Assembly (NCBI GenBank): GCA_044344255.1 | Contig: JBIJDH010000030.1 | Coordinates: 1-63,991 of the forward strand | Direction of reading: 5' to 3' | DNA: 63,991 nt | Origin: Myxococcota bacterium | GTDB lineage: Bacteria > Myxococcota_A > UBA796 > UBA2385 | Part shown: piece after piece, positions 40,802 to 50,183 of the stretch | Layout: each line of letters opens with the position of its first letter | How positions within the stretch are numbered: position 1 is the stretch's first letter | The notes under the pieces: model-generated | The model's input: only the letters and a program-made list of their open reading frames with translations | Told to the model about the DNA's origin: nothing | The model's database searches: none | Position numbers and translations under genes: made by a program

Positions 40802-40889
40802 TCGCCCGACCCGGCCTGTTTGACCGAATCGGCGCCCCGCGTACGTCAGCCTCTCCTTCACATCCTCACGACCCTATCGGAAGACCATC

Positions 40890-41960
40890 ATGCGCAAGCT
40901 CTCCCTCGCCGCCCTCTCTATCGTCGCCCTCAGCCTCTCCGCCCCCGCCGGCGCCACCACGGTGGCCAACAAGTGGGCCAGCGGCACCGCCAACATCCTG
41001 CTCAACCCCTGGACCGCCTTCCTCCGCTCTGCAGAGACGACCACCCTCCAGAACGCCATCGCGATGACCTACAACAACCCGTCTTACGCCTATCTGACGA
41101 TGAGCATCGACGATGACTACTCGTCAGACCTCCTGAACGGCGAGAGCGAGTCGGGCCTCACCAATGACAGCGCCAAGCTCTGCGGCGCGATGTCGGATGG
41201 CTGCGCCTACGTCTATCTGAACTCCAGCGGCAACATCTCGGAGGCGGACGTCTTCTTCAACTCGGTGACCAGCTTCGACAACACGATGTCGAAGTCGGCC
41301 ACCTGGGGCTACGGGGGAGCGAGCCGCCCCCTCTTCGCCACCGGGCTGCACGAGTTCGGACACGCGCTCGGCCTCTCGCACACCAACTACACCCACTCGA
41401 TCATGGGCACCGAGTACACCTACCTCAACGTGAACGGGAACACCTACACGAGCCACTTGGGAGAGGACGCCAGCTACGCCCTGCGCGCCGCCTACGGCAC
41501 GGCGACCGGCTGGGAAGACTTGAGCTTGTCCCACTGGCGTTACAGCGCCGCCTCCGGCGAGTACACGGTCGACATCCGCACCCGCTTCTTGAACTCCGCG
41601 GGGGCCGAGTCTATCAAGTACGCGACCTCACCGGAGCCTGTCTACCTCCTCGGCAAGGGCGCCGTCTTCACCGCCGAGGCCACCCTCGAGAACAACGGCA
41701 GCGCCGCGCAGTACGCGACCATCCGCTATTACCTCTCCGCCGACTCGACGATCACGACCGGCGACACCCTGCTCGCCACGAAGGCCGTGTGGACCTACAA
41801 CGGCACCCCCGACACCATCAACCAGAGCCTGACCCTGCCGAAGACGCTGGTGTCCGGTCAGACCTGGTTCGTCGGCGCCATCGTCGATCCGCTGGGCTCG
41901 ATCGCGGAGTACGACGAGTCGAACAACGCGATCTACCTCTCCCAGATCCGCGTGTTCTGA
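40890..41960 (+). CDS. Matrixin (M10/MMP-like) zinc metalloprotease with C-terminal CARDB-like domain
   Basis: Signal peptide, EADVFFN, HEFGHALGLSH, SIM Met-turn, YYLSAD..IVDP..IAEYDESNN. Confidence 0.9.
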   Translation: MRKLSLAALSIVALSLSAPAGATTVANKWASGTANILLNPWTAFLRSAETTTLQNAIAMTYNNPSYAYLTMSIDDDYSSDLLNGESESGLTNDSAKLCGAMSDGCAYVYLNSSGNISEADVFFNSVTSFDNTMSKSATWGYGGASRPLFATGLHEFGHALGLSHTNYTHSIMGTEYTYLNVNGNTYTSHLGEDASYALRAAYGTATGWEDLSLSHWRYSAASGEYTVDIRTRFLNSAGAESIKYATSPEPVYLLGKGAVFTAEATLENNGSAAQYATIRYYLSADSTITTGDTLLATKAVWTYNGTPDTINQSLTLPKTLVSGQTWFVGAIVDPLGSIAEYDESNNAIYLSQIRVF

Positions 41961-42023
41961 CCCTCCCTCGGCGGGTGGCGCGTGTGGCGCTCCCGCCGGG
42001 TAGACCCTCAGAGGCCGCCGCCC

Positions 42024-43934
42024 TCAGTTCCAGAGGATCTCGGCCTTCCAGGCTTCCATTCGGATGCGGACGGCGAGGTCGGACTCTGTGATGGGCACGA
42101 GGGCGTACATCTCGACCTGATAGGCGTCCCAGCCGCCGCCAGTGGGGCCCGTGCGCATCGGGAAGGTGACGGGGTTGGCCGGCAGCTCGAAGGGGGCGGT
42201 GGACTGACCGTCGGCGGAGGTGATGCTGTTGATCACCAGCACGCCGTCGCCCACGGCGAAGCGGATGGTGTCGCCGTCGGTGGTGGGGGAGGTGCCGGCG
42301 AGCAGGAGGAAGGAGACGGTGCCCTGGTCGGTGACATAGCGCTGGTCCTCCCAGGCCCGGCCGACCTGCTCGCCCGAGACCGAGCCCTCCACCCGCCAGT
42401 TGCCGAGCGCGCCGTCGAAGGTGAGGGTCCAGGTCTCGGGGCGCACGAGGCCGCCGCAGTCGGCGAAGATCACGCTGCGCAGCGTGTCGGGGTCGGTGTA
42501 CATCGTGGGATTGGAGGCGTCACCGCGGTCGGTGAACTTGACCACCTCCACGCCCTGGCTGGTCGCGAGGCGGGCCCCCTGGCTGTCGATGGCGAGGCAG
42601 CCCGTGGCCCCCTCCACCATGCGCACCGCCCCGTCGAAGGTGGTGAGCATGACGATGTAGTCGTCCTTGCGCACGCCTGCGTTGTTCCGCTCCTGGAGGC
42701 GGAGGGGCTCGGGCGCGGTCGACAGGCCGATGATCGGGCTGCGGACGTCGATGCCTTGGGGCTCCCCGTCGAGGGGGTTCGGGTCGAGCCAGGCCCCGGT
42801 CAGCAGGTCGAGCGTGTCGAGGCGGGTCTGGCTGGCGAGGCCGACGACGAGGTGCGCGTAGGCGGGCTCGGCGAGGTCGGGGTTGCCCTCGCTCGCGACG
42901 TAGGCGATCGCGGCCACGGTGCCGTCGGTCTCGATCTCCTCGTAGGTGGAGGCGGAGGGGTCGGCGAGGTCGAGCGCCACCCGATAGACCGCGGGGCGCT
43001 GGGCGTCGGCCACGAAGAGGTCGGTGCCGTCAGCGCCGAAGGTGAAGCGCCAGGGCTGCGCGCCCTCGGGGAGGGCGACCCGGCCGATGACGCTGCCGAG
43101 CTCGGGGTCGAAGACCTGCACGTCGCCGGTCTCGGCGGCGGCGTCCCAGACGCCGGCCACGAGCAGGGCCTCGCCGGGGATGTTGGAGAGGCCGAGGACC
43201 GGCCCGCCGAGCGGATACTCGAGCAGCCCGGTGTCGGTGTGCAAGGTGAAGACGTCGCCGCTCGAGGCCGAGCCCTCGATCTTGAAGCTCAGCTCGCGGC
43301 GGTCGCTGCGGTAGTCCTTGCCCGTCTTGGCGGTCTGCACCTGCTTGCCGGAGCGGCTGCCCTCCACCCACCAGACGTCTCCGTCGAAGCTGATCGTCCA
43401 GTCTTCGGTGGTGGTCCAGCCGTGGCGGAGGGTGATGTCCGTGAGGGTGGCGCTGTCGCCGCTGCCGTCGGTGTCTACGAAGGCGGGCTCGCTCGCCTCC
43501 AGCACCGAGGGGATGGGCTCGCCGCCGTCGAGGCCGATGACGTAGGGGGCCTCGACGAGCACGTCATTGGAGAGGTCGGCGGCGAAGAGGGTGACCCGCT
43601 CCTCATCGGGGGCCCAGACGGCGAGCTGGCCGAGCTGGCGCATGTCGCCGGTCGCGATGGTGCGCGGCGTGAGGAAGGGGCCGCCGAGCTGATCGGCGAG
43701 CACCGTGCCGTGCTTGAGGTCGAGGGGGGTGATGACCCCGTTGCCCGTGCTGGCGACGAAGGCGACGGGATCGTCGAAGGGGCCGCCATCCAGAGGGTCA
43801 AGGACGACGGCGGCGTCGGGGCGATCGAAGATGCCGCGGCCAAAGGTGTCCGTGCTGCAGCCGCTCTGGCCGAGGCCGAGGGCGAGCCCGAGGACCGCCA
43901 GGGCGCGGGCCGGGGCTAGCGGTCGACGATCCAC
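42024..43934 (-). CDS. Beta-propeller lipoprotein with repeated inserted beta domains
   Basis: LGQSG-C lipobox, YncE-like blades (ADGTDLFVAD), two WT(I/L)xFDG..WxVEGSxSG modules. Confidence 0.75.
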   Translation of the reverse strand: MDRRPLAPARALAVLGLALGLGQSGCSTDTFGRGIFDRPDAAVVLDPLDGGPFDDPVAFVASTGNGVITPLDLKHGTVLADQLGGPFLTPRTIATGDMRQLGQLAVWAPDEERVTLFAADLSNDVLVEAPYVIGLDGGEPIPSVLEASEPAFVDTDGSGDSATLTDITLRHGWTTTEDWTISFDGDVWWVEGSRSGKQVQTAKTGKDYRSDRRELSFKIEGSASSGDVFTLHTDTGLLEYPLGGPVLGLSNIPGEALLVAGVWDAAAETGDVQVFDPELGSVIGRVALPEGAQPWRFTFGADGTDLFVADAQRPAVYRVALDLADPSASTYEEIETDGTVAAIAYVASEGNPDLAEPAYAHLVVGLASQTRLDTLDLLTGAWLDPNPLDGEPQGIDVRSPIIGLSTAPEPLRLQERNNAGVRKDDYIVMLTTFDGAVRMVEGATGCLAIDSQGARLATSQGVEVVKFTDRGDASNPTMYTDPDTLRSVIFADCGGLVRPETWTLTFDGALGNWRVEGSVSGEQVGRAWEDQRYVTDQGTVSFLLLAGTSPTTDGDTIRFAVGDGVLVINSITSADGQSTAPFELPANPVTFPMRTGPTGGGWDAYQVEMYALVPITESDLAVRIRMEAWKAEILWN

Positions 43935-46900
43935 GTGAGCACCTCAAGGTAGGTGGGGCTGGTCTCGTCGATGTCCATCACCGCGAGGGTGGAGAGGGCG
44001 AGGCCCGACTGGGCCACCTCCCCGCCGTAGTTGGCGATGACGACGTGCTTCCCGTCCGGGGTGAGCACCATGCCGTAGGGGTTCTCCCCGAGGTTCGGGA
44101 TCTCGTCGGTCAGCGTCCCATTGGGGCCGAGGTCGAGATCGTAGACCGTGAGGCTGTTGGCGTTGAAGTTGGTCAGGTAGAGCCGCTGGCCGTCGGGGTC
44201 GGGGAGCAGGGTGGCCGGCCCGACGCTCGACATCGTGCTCACGCCCTCGTCCCGCTCCCCCGAGCGTGGGGCCGGGAGCCAGCCGATCACCGTGTCGTAG
44301 ATGAATTCGCTGAAGGCGTCATCGACGAGGCCGGAGATGTCGAGGGTCCAGATGCCCTCGGGCTCGTCGTTGACCGCGTAGAGGCGGTCTTCGCCGGGGA
44401 TGACCACCACGCCGCGGAAGCCGTCGGCGTCGCTCGCGTTGTCGTAGGCGAGGACGGCCTCGACGTCGAGGTAGTTGAGGTCTTGGAAGGCCTCGGTGCT
44501 GTCGTCGCGGATGTCGAGCACCGTGATGTAGGGCAGCAGCTTGCTCGAGACGTAGAGGAAGCCGCGCTCGGAGTCCACGGTGAGGCTGGTGAGGCCGATG
44601 CCCACGATGCCCACGTCTTCGACGTAGGTGTCGAGGGGGATGGAGTCCTGGTCCGGGTCGCCGCGCTCGGTGGAGAAGGTGAGCGTGTCGCCGAGGGTGG
44701 GCAGCGACAGCCGCTTGTGGAGGCGGTCGGGGGCGGCGCCGGTGAAGCGGCCCACGAAGGTCTCGCTGCCGTTGAGCCCGGCGTAGGTGCCGGTGTAGCT
44801 GCCGTCCGCCGCGCGGAGGACGACGGGTCGACCGACGCCGTCGGGGTGGAAGGTGGCGCCTTCGGTGCCCATGATCGGGCGGGGCTCGGCGGTGGTCTCG
44901 TCGAGGGAGCGGGAGAAGTCCTCGGCGGAGGCTGCCTTGTACGCGTAGCCCATCCGCCAGAGGTCACCGTCGAAGCCCGAGTACCAGAGGTGGTGGCCGA
45001 GCAGGTCGCCCTTGTCGTCGAGGTCGCGGAGGATGTAGGGGTCGCGCACGCCGGAGTCGTCCCAGTCGCCGGGGCTGCCGGTGGTGAGCGCGAGCCCCTT
45101 GCTGCCGTCGCGGGACAGGCGCTCGCCCAACGCGCCGCTGGCCGAGCCGACCCGCCAGACGTCGCCGTCGAAGCCGGCGTACCAGACGCGGACCTCGCCG
45201 TCGCCCAGGGCCTCGATGCTGGTCGGCACCACGGAGGCGGCGTCCCAGTCGCCCTCTCCGCCGTGGTCGAGCACCTCACCCACGCGGGTCCAGGTGCGGC
45301 CGTCGTTGCTGGTCGCGAGGCCCATCACGGTGCGCGAGCTGCGGGTGCCGGCGTAGTAGAGGTAGTAGGTGCCGTCGACCCGGAGGACGGTGGCCGAGCT
45401 CACCCCGTCGCGGTCAAAGCCGTCGGTGCCGCCGAAGTAGCCGGAGCTGTCGGGGACGATGTCGCCCGAGGGGCTGTAGGTGGCGGTGCGGATGCGGTTG
45501 GTGCCGCCCTCGCTGCGGACGGTGAGCCAGGCGAGGCCGGCCTCGGCGTCGACGCTGTCGAGGTGCAGCCCGCCAGCGGACTCGGCGCCGGCGTCGCCCG
45601 GGGCGAGGGTGGCGCCCACGAGCACGGAGATCTGCCAGCCGTCCTCGAAGGCGATGAACTCGGAGGCGGGCTCGACGGGGTAGTTCAGGCTGCCGGCGTG
45701 CTCGCCCTCGGCGTGGAAGGCGTGGGTGGGCGCGGCCTGGAGCGCCACGCCGGGGGGCGGCCCGTCGGCGGGGGCGTCGGTGTCGAGCACGGGGCCGAGA
45801 TCGGTCCAGGTGACGCCGTCTCGCTTGAGGGCGGCCCCGATCTGCCAGCTCAGCCCGTCGCTCACCGCGAACCAGAGGCGGTGCTCGCCCACGGCCTCGG
45901 CGATGGCCGGCGCGGCGACGTCCAGGCCCTCGATCTCGAAGGCGGGGGCGGCGTCGGCGGTCCAGACGAGGAGGTCGGGGCTGGTGGCGTGGCCGATGGT
46001 GAGGCGGCCGTCGCTGCCCTCGGCGGTGAAGTACATGTCCCAGAGGTCGGTCTCGACGTCGAAGAGCACGAAGGGATCGGAGACCCCGCCTGCGGCGTAG
46101 TCGAGGTCGGGGGCGAAGACCGGGTCGCGCTCGGCCTCGCCGGCCCCCTTCCGCTGGAAGAACTCACCCTCGGCCGCGAAGGCCCGCCCGATCTTGGACG
46201 GAGCGCCCGCCGCGTCGGCGCCATCGTAGAAGAGGTAGTAGCCGTCGGCGTTGGTGGCGATCGAGGGCCCGCTCACGACCTCGTCCCACTCGCCGGGCCG
46301 GCCGGAGAGGGAGGGGAGGTCGGCCACGCTCCAGTCGCCCAGCCAGTCGCCGCTGGCGGCGTACCAGATCTCGCCCTCGACCTCGAAGTAGAGCCGCCCG
46401 CCGTTGACCCAGTCGGGGTCAGCGAGGGTGAGGCCGTCGCCGAGGTCTTCGGCGAGGAGCTCCACGCCGAGGCCGCTCGCGGTGTACACGCCGCTCCCGG
46501 TGGTCTGGGTGCGGCTGAAGCCGAGCGCGGTGGGGAGCCAGAGGCGCCAGGTGCCCTCGATCCAGGAGAGGGTCCAGCGGTCGTCGGTGAGGAGGTCGGC
46601 CTCCCAGATGTCGAGATCGGTGACCGAGGCGGTGGAGCCCGAGCCATCGGCGTCCGAGAAGGTGCTGCTGGACAGCATCGCCTCTGGCCAGGGGTCGACC
46701 ACCTTGATGGTGTCGCCGCTGCCGTCGAGCACCGAGATGGTGTGGCTCGTGCGGTTGCCGACGAAGGTGAAGTTGGAGGTGGGATCGAGCACCACGGCCA
46801 TCGGATCGGAGCGCAGCGTGATCGTGCTGCCGCCGTCGGTGCCGCGGGAGCTCGGGCTCAGGCTCGGCAGGGCGTCGATGTTGACGAGGTGCAGGTCGTC

Positions 46901-47299
46901 GGCGTGGGCCCGGGTGGCGGCGCCCTCGCTCAAGCGGGAGGCGATCATCGCCGTCCCGTTCTGGATCGCCATCCCGCCCACGAAGTCCGGCAGGTCGATC
47001 GCCGAGGCGCCGAGCTCGCTCACGACGTTGCGGCCGGCCTCGAGGTCGACCGCGCCCCAGGGGATCGCCAGCAGCGAGCCGCCGGTGAAGAGCTTGTAGG
47101 GGTTGGCGTTGGTGACGAGCAGGACGGGGTCGCCGGCCTCGTCGGAGGTGAACGCGAGGTCTACCGGGCCGGACAGGCAGGTGCCGATCCCGATCTCACC
47201 GAACTCGTAGACCCCCTCCGGGTAGGTCGCGCAGTCGCCCACGTCGGGCAGGGGGGCGCTCTGTTTGCAGCCCGCGAGGAGAGCGGCCAGGAGGAGCAA
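43916..47299 (-). CDS. Large lipoprotein: YncE-like propeller with inserted GH43/GH32/GH130-like five-bladed propeller repeats
   Basis: LLAG-C lipobox; WD..V.DP.(I/V)L..(W/Y)Y.G..(I/M)G.ATSxDGxxW repeats; C-terminal PDGQRLYLTN and TPDGKHVVIAN blades. Confidence 0.78.
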   Translation of the reverse strand: MLLLAALLAGCKQSAPLPDVGDCATYPEGVYEFGEIGIGTCLSGPVDLAFTSDEAGDPVLLVTNANPYKLFTGGSLLAIPWGAVDLEAGRNVVSELGASAIDLPDFVGGMAIQNGTAMIASRLSEGAATRAHADDLHLVNIDALPSLSPSSRGTDGGSTITLRSDPMAVVLDPTSNFTFVGNRTSHTISVLDGSGDTIKVVDPWPEAMLSSSTFSDADGSGSTASVTDLDIWEADLLTDDRWTLSWIEGTWRLWLPTALGFSRTQTTGSGVYTASGLGVELLAEDLGDGLTLADPDWVNGGRLYFEVEGEIWYAASGDWLGDWSVADLPSLSGRPGEWDEVVSGPSIATNADGYYLFYDGADAAGAPSKIGRAFAAEGEFFQRKGAGEAERDPVFAPDLDYAAGGVSDPFVLFDVETDLWDMYFTAEGSDGRLTIGHATSPDLLVWTADAAPAFEIEGLDVAAPAIAEAVGEHRLWFAVSDGLSWQIGAALKRDGVTWTDLGPVLDTDAPADGPPPGVALQAAPTHAFHAEGEHAGSLNYPVEPASEFIAFEDGWQISVLVGATLAPGDAGAESAGGLHLDSVDAEAGLAWLTVRSEGGTNRIRTATYSPSGDIVPDSSGYFGGTDGFDRDGVSSATVLRVDGTYYLYYAGTRSSRTVMGLATSNDGRTWTRVGEVLDHGGEGDWDAASVVPTSIEALGDGEVRVWYAGFDGDVWRVGSASGALGERLSRDGSKGLALTTGSPGDWDDSGVRDPYILRDLDDKGDLLGHHLWYSGFDGDLWRMGYAYKAASAEDFSRSLDETTAEPRPIMGTEGATFHPDGVGRPVVLRAADGSYTGTYAGLNGSETFVGRFTGAAPDRLHKRLSLPTLGDTLTFSTERGDPDQDSIPLDTYVEDVGIVGIGLTSLTVDSERGFLYVSSKLLPYITVLDIRDDSTEAFQDLNYLDVEAVLAYDNASDADGFRGVVVIPGEDRLYAVNDEPEGIWTLDISGLVDDAFSEFIYDTVIGWLPAPRSGERDEGVSTMSSVGPATLLPDPDGQRLYLTNFNANSLTVYDLDLGPNGTLTDEIPNLGENPYGMVLTPDGKHVVIANYGGEVAQSGLALSTLAVMDIDETSPTYLEVLTWIVDR

Positions 47300-47416
47300 G
47301 GTGGACTCGGGAGCAGGGGGGAGGGCTGGCGAGGCGGAGCGCCGGCGAGCGCGTGCGGGGGGCTGGGAGCGTCGAGCGCCCTTGGCCGGGCCCGGTATCC
47401 CACCCGCAGGGGTGGT

Positions 47417-48382
47417 TCAACCGGCGGGCCGCTGAACCCCGGTCGGGCCCCCCAGATTCCCCGCCGGCGCGGCGCCGGGACCCTCGGCCGCGGCCGTGGG
47501 CGGGCTCGGCAGGAAGGGGCGCGGGTCGACCGGCCGCCCGCCGATGCGCAGCCCGAAGTGCAGATGCGGGCCTGTCGATCGCCCTGTGTTTCCCGAGGCC
47601 ATTACGGGGGCGCCTTGCCCGAGGCCGGCCCCCGCCGCCACGTCGAGCCGGCTCCCGTGGCAGTAGGCGGTGGTGACCCCGTGCCCGTGGTCGAGGATGA
47701 CGTGGAGGCCGCTCACCGCGCTCTCTCGGGCCCGGCTCACCCGGCCGGGCGCGGCGGCAAAGACGGGGGTGCCCACGGGGACGCCGATGTCCAGGCCCTC
47801 GTGGAGGCGCCGGTCGCCGAGCACGGGGTGGGTGCGGTAGCCGAAGGGGCTCGTGACCCGCGGGCTCCCCGCGACGGGCCAGCGGAGATCGAGGGCCGTG
47901 GCGAGGGAGAGCACGTCGCCCACCTCCTCATCGGCCTTCCGGGCGAGCCCGGCGGGGAGGAAGCGGTGGTGCCCGCGGAGGCGTTCGGGGGCGGCCTCCC
48001 CGGCGGCGCGGGCCCGGGCCACGGCGCGGTCGCGGGCTTCGGCGCCGACGGCGCGGAGCTCGAGGGCGCGCTCGGGATCGGCCTCGCCGCTGGCCTCGAG
48101 CTCGAGCAGCGCCGCCTCGCCGAGCTGGGCGGTGATCGCGGTCCGGAGGGCTGGGCTCCAGCCCTGCTCGACCGCCGGGGGCTCGATCTCGACGGTGGGC
48201 AGGCGCGCCACGGAGTCGGCGAGGCGGCTCGGGAGGGCGGTGCGGAAGCTGGCGAGCAGGTCCTCGGCGGGGGCGTCGTGGGCCCAGGCCCAGCCGCCGC
48301 GGATGAGCGCGCCCACCGGGGTGCGGGTCCAGGCGGCCACCAGGACCGCGCCCAGCAAGAGGAGCTCCGACCAGCCCTTCAT
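47417..48382 (-). CDS. M23-family metallopeptidase
   Basis: VTSPFGYR.HP, HEGLDI, YCH, SGNTGRSTGPHLHF. N-terminal hydrophobic anchor. Confidence 0.9.
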   Translation of the reverse strand: MKGWSELLLLGAVLVAAWTRTPVGALIRGGWAWAHDAPAEDLLASFRTALPSRLADSVARLPTVEIEPPAVEQGWSPALRTAITAQLGEAALLELEASGEADPERALELRAVGAEARDRAVARARAAGEAAPERLRGHHRFLPAGLARKADEEVGDVLSLATALDLRWPVAGSPRVTSPFGYRTHPVLGDRRLHEGLDIGVPVGTPVFAAAPGRVSRARESAVSGLHVILDHGHGVTTAYCHGSRLDVAAGAGLGQGAPVMASGNTGRSTGPHLHFGLRIGGRPVDPRPFLPSPPTAAAEGPGAAPAGNLGGPTGVQRPAG

Positions 48383-49059
48383 GGGAGCCACCGGGTGAGG
48401 AGCCCCCAGACCGGCCAGCCGTCCATCCAGGCGAGGAGGCCGATGGGGGCGAGCACGAGGGCGGGGAGCAGGCCCTCGGCGCGGCGGGCCGGGGGATCGA
48501 GGGCGGCCACGGCGCGGCACCAGGCGGGCAGGCCAAAGCGCAGCGCCGCGGCGAGGCCGAAGAGGGCGGCCGCGACGCGGGCGACGGGGCCGGCGGGGAG
48601 CTGATCTTCGACCGCCATCGCGAGCGACCAGCCCCCGGCGCCGAGCACGCCGGCGAGGCTCAGGGGCAGGACGAGGGCCCCGACCGAGCGGGCCGCCCAC
48701 CAGCCGCGCAGGGTGGGCCGCTCCGCACGGCCGGTGAGCAGGAAGCTCCCGCTGAGGAGCACGATGGTGACGAGCTCGACGACCAGCGCACCGCAAGCGG
48801 CGAGGGGCGGGCGGGCGAGGCCGCCCCAGACCACGAAGGTGTCCCCCGGGACCTCGAGGGCGGCGGCCAGGGCGCCGAGCGGCCCGCCGAGGGTGTCGTC
48901 GAGGCCCTCTTCGAGGCGCTGCAGGCCGTGCAGCACCCGGTCGTCGAGGGCGTCGGCGGCGAGGTGCACGCCGAGGCAGACGAGGCCCACCTGGCCGAGG
49001 GTGCCGAGGCCCCAGGCGAGGCCCCCGGCGGCGCGATCAGCGGTGGCGAGGACTCCCAC
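48379..49059 (-). CDS. Hypothetical membrane protein
   Basis: Multiple hydrophobic helices, GGAG RBS, ATGA overlap with the M23 gene. Confidence 0.65.
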   Translation of the reverse strand: MGVLATADRAAGGLAWGLGTLGQVGLVCLGVHLAADALDDRVLHGLQRLEEGLDDTLGGPLGALAAALEVPGDTFVVWGGLARPPLAACGALVVELVTIVLLSGSFLLTGRAERPTLRGWWAARSVGALVLPLSLAGVLGAGGWSLAMAVEDQLPAGPVARVAAALFGLAAALRFGLPAWCRAVAALDPPARRAEGLLPALVLAPIGLLAWMDGWPVWGLLTRWLP

Positions 49060-49152
49060 GGGCGCTCCCAGGTCGGTCGGGACCTCGACAACGCCGGTCG
49101 CCCGCGGTTCCTTACAGGGGCCGCGGGCCCTGCGCGCCGGGAGCGGCCGCGC

Positions 49153-50103
49153 TCACTCGACGGAGGAGTTCAGTAGCTCCACTTCGCGACCGTTGAGCGA
49201 CTGGACCGGACGGTAGTTGAAGTCGTAGACGGCGTGGAAGGCCTCGACGTCGGCCGGCAGCATCGGGAGGACGATGCCCTCGACGAAGAACTCGACGCCC
49301 TCCGTGCAGGGCGGGGTGGTCAGCGAGCCCGTGTAGTGGGCGACGGCCACCCCGTTGAGCTCGCCGAAGAGCGCCCCGAGATCGGCGGTGGCGCCGAGGT
49401 CGGTGACGGTCTCGGACTCCGGCAGGGCCAGCGCGTCGCGGAAGAGCAGGGCGCCGCCCTCGTCGAAGTAGCCGGTGAGGCCGGACTCAGGGTCGGGGTC
49501 GGCGAGGAGGGCCACCACCGCGAGCTTCGTGGGGTCATCCTCGCGCTCGTGCACGAAGTGGATCTCCACCGCGAGGTGAGTCCCGGCGAGGGTGTGCTCG
49601 CTCAGGCCGTGGAAGTGGAACTGGACGAGGTTGTAGGTGTGGTCGCCCCAGGTCATCGTGCTGCCGGGCTCGACCTCGTAGCGGATGTAGTGGCCCGGGT
49701 TGTAGGCCTGGAGCTCGGTGGTCGACCACGCGATCACGGGCCCAGCGCCGCCGAGGTCGACGAGGTCGCCGGAGCTGATGTCGATCGGCGACTGGGCCGT
49801 GCCCTCGCCGCAGGTGGCCCACTCCTCGCTCAGCTCCCCCCAGTGGTCGGGGCCGGTCTCGCCGGAGTAGCTCCACTCGGGCTCGGCGGTGCCGTCGGTG
49901 CCATCCGTCCCGTCGGTGCCGTCGGTGCCGTCGGTGCCGTCGGTGCCGTCGGTGCCGTCGGTGCCGTCGGTGCCGTCGGTCCCATCCGTCCCGTCGGTGC
50001 CGTCGGTCCCGTCGGCGCCGCTGGTGTCATCGCCGCCGGACTTGTCCGAACAGGCGACGAGGTGGAGGGAGAGCAGGAGCAGGGCGGCGGGCAGTCGTGA
50101 CAC
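49153..50103 (-). CDS. Alpha-class carbonic anhydrase lipoprotein
   Basis: LHLVA-C lipobox, WSY.G.TGP.HW, QSPIDI, QFHFH..SEH, EIHFVH, YTGSLTTPPCTEGV. Confidence 0.92.
   Translation of the reverse strand: MSRLPAALLLLSLHLVACSDKSGGDDTSGADGTDGTDGTDGTDGTDGTDGTDGTDGTDGTDGTDGTDGTDGTAEPEWSYSGETGPDHWGELSEEWATCGEGTAQSPIDISSGDLVDLGGAGPVIAWSTTELQAYNPGHYIRYEVEPGSTMTWGDHTYNLVQFHFHGLSEHTLAGTHLAVEIHFVHEREDDPTKLAVVALLADPDPESGLTGYFDEGGALLFRDALALPESETVTDLGATADLGALFGELNGVAVAHYTGSLTTPPCTEGVEFFVEGIVLPMLPADVEAFHAVYDFNYRPVQSLNGREVELLNSSVE
49888..50013 (-). repeat. 9-bp coding tandem repeat x14 (Asp-Gly-Thr linker)
   Basis: (ggtgccgtc)n with synonymous variants over 126 bp. Confidence 0.92.
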
Positions 50104-50183
50104 GGTCTCGTCCGGGAGGTGAAGTTCGGGGCGCCGTCTATCCCGGAGGCGGTGGTGTCCGGGCGGAGCGCGGCCCCTGGGCG

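Noticed and set aside
44045..48604. 1519-aa plus-strand ORF and other long antisense ORFs (5721-8423, 41982-43919, 15262-17031, 57396-59246)
   Set aside because: Shadow frames of real opposite-strand genes, expected in high-GC DNA; no recognisable motifs.
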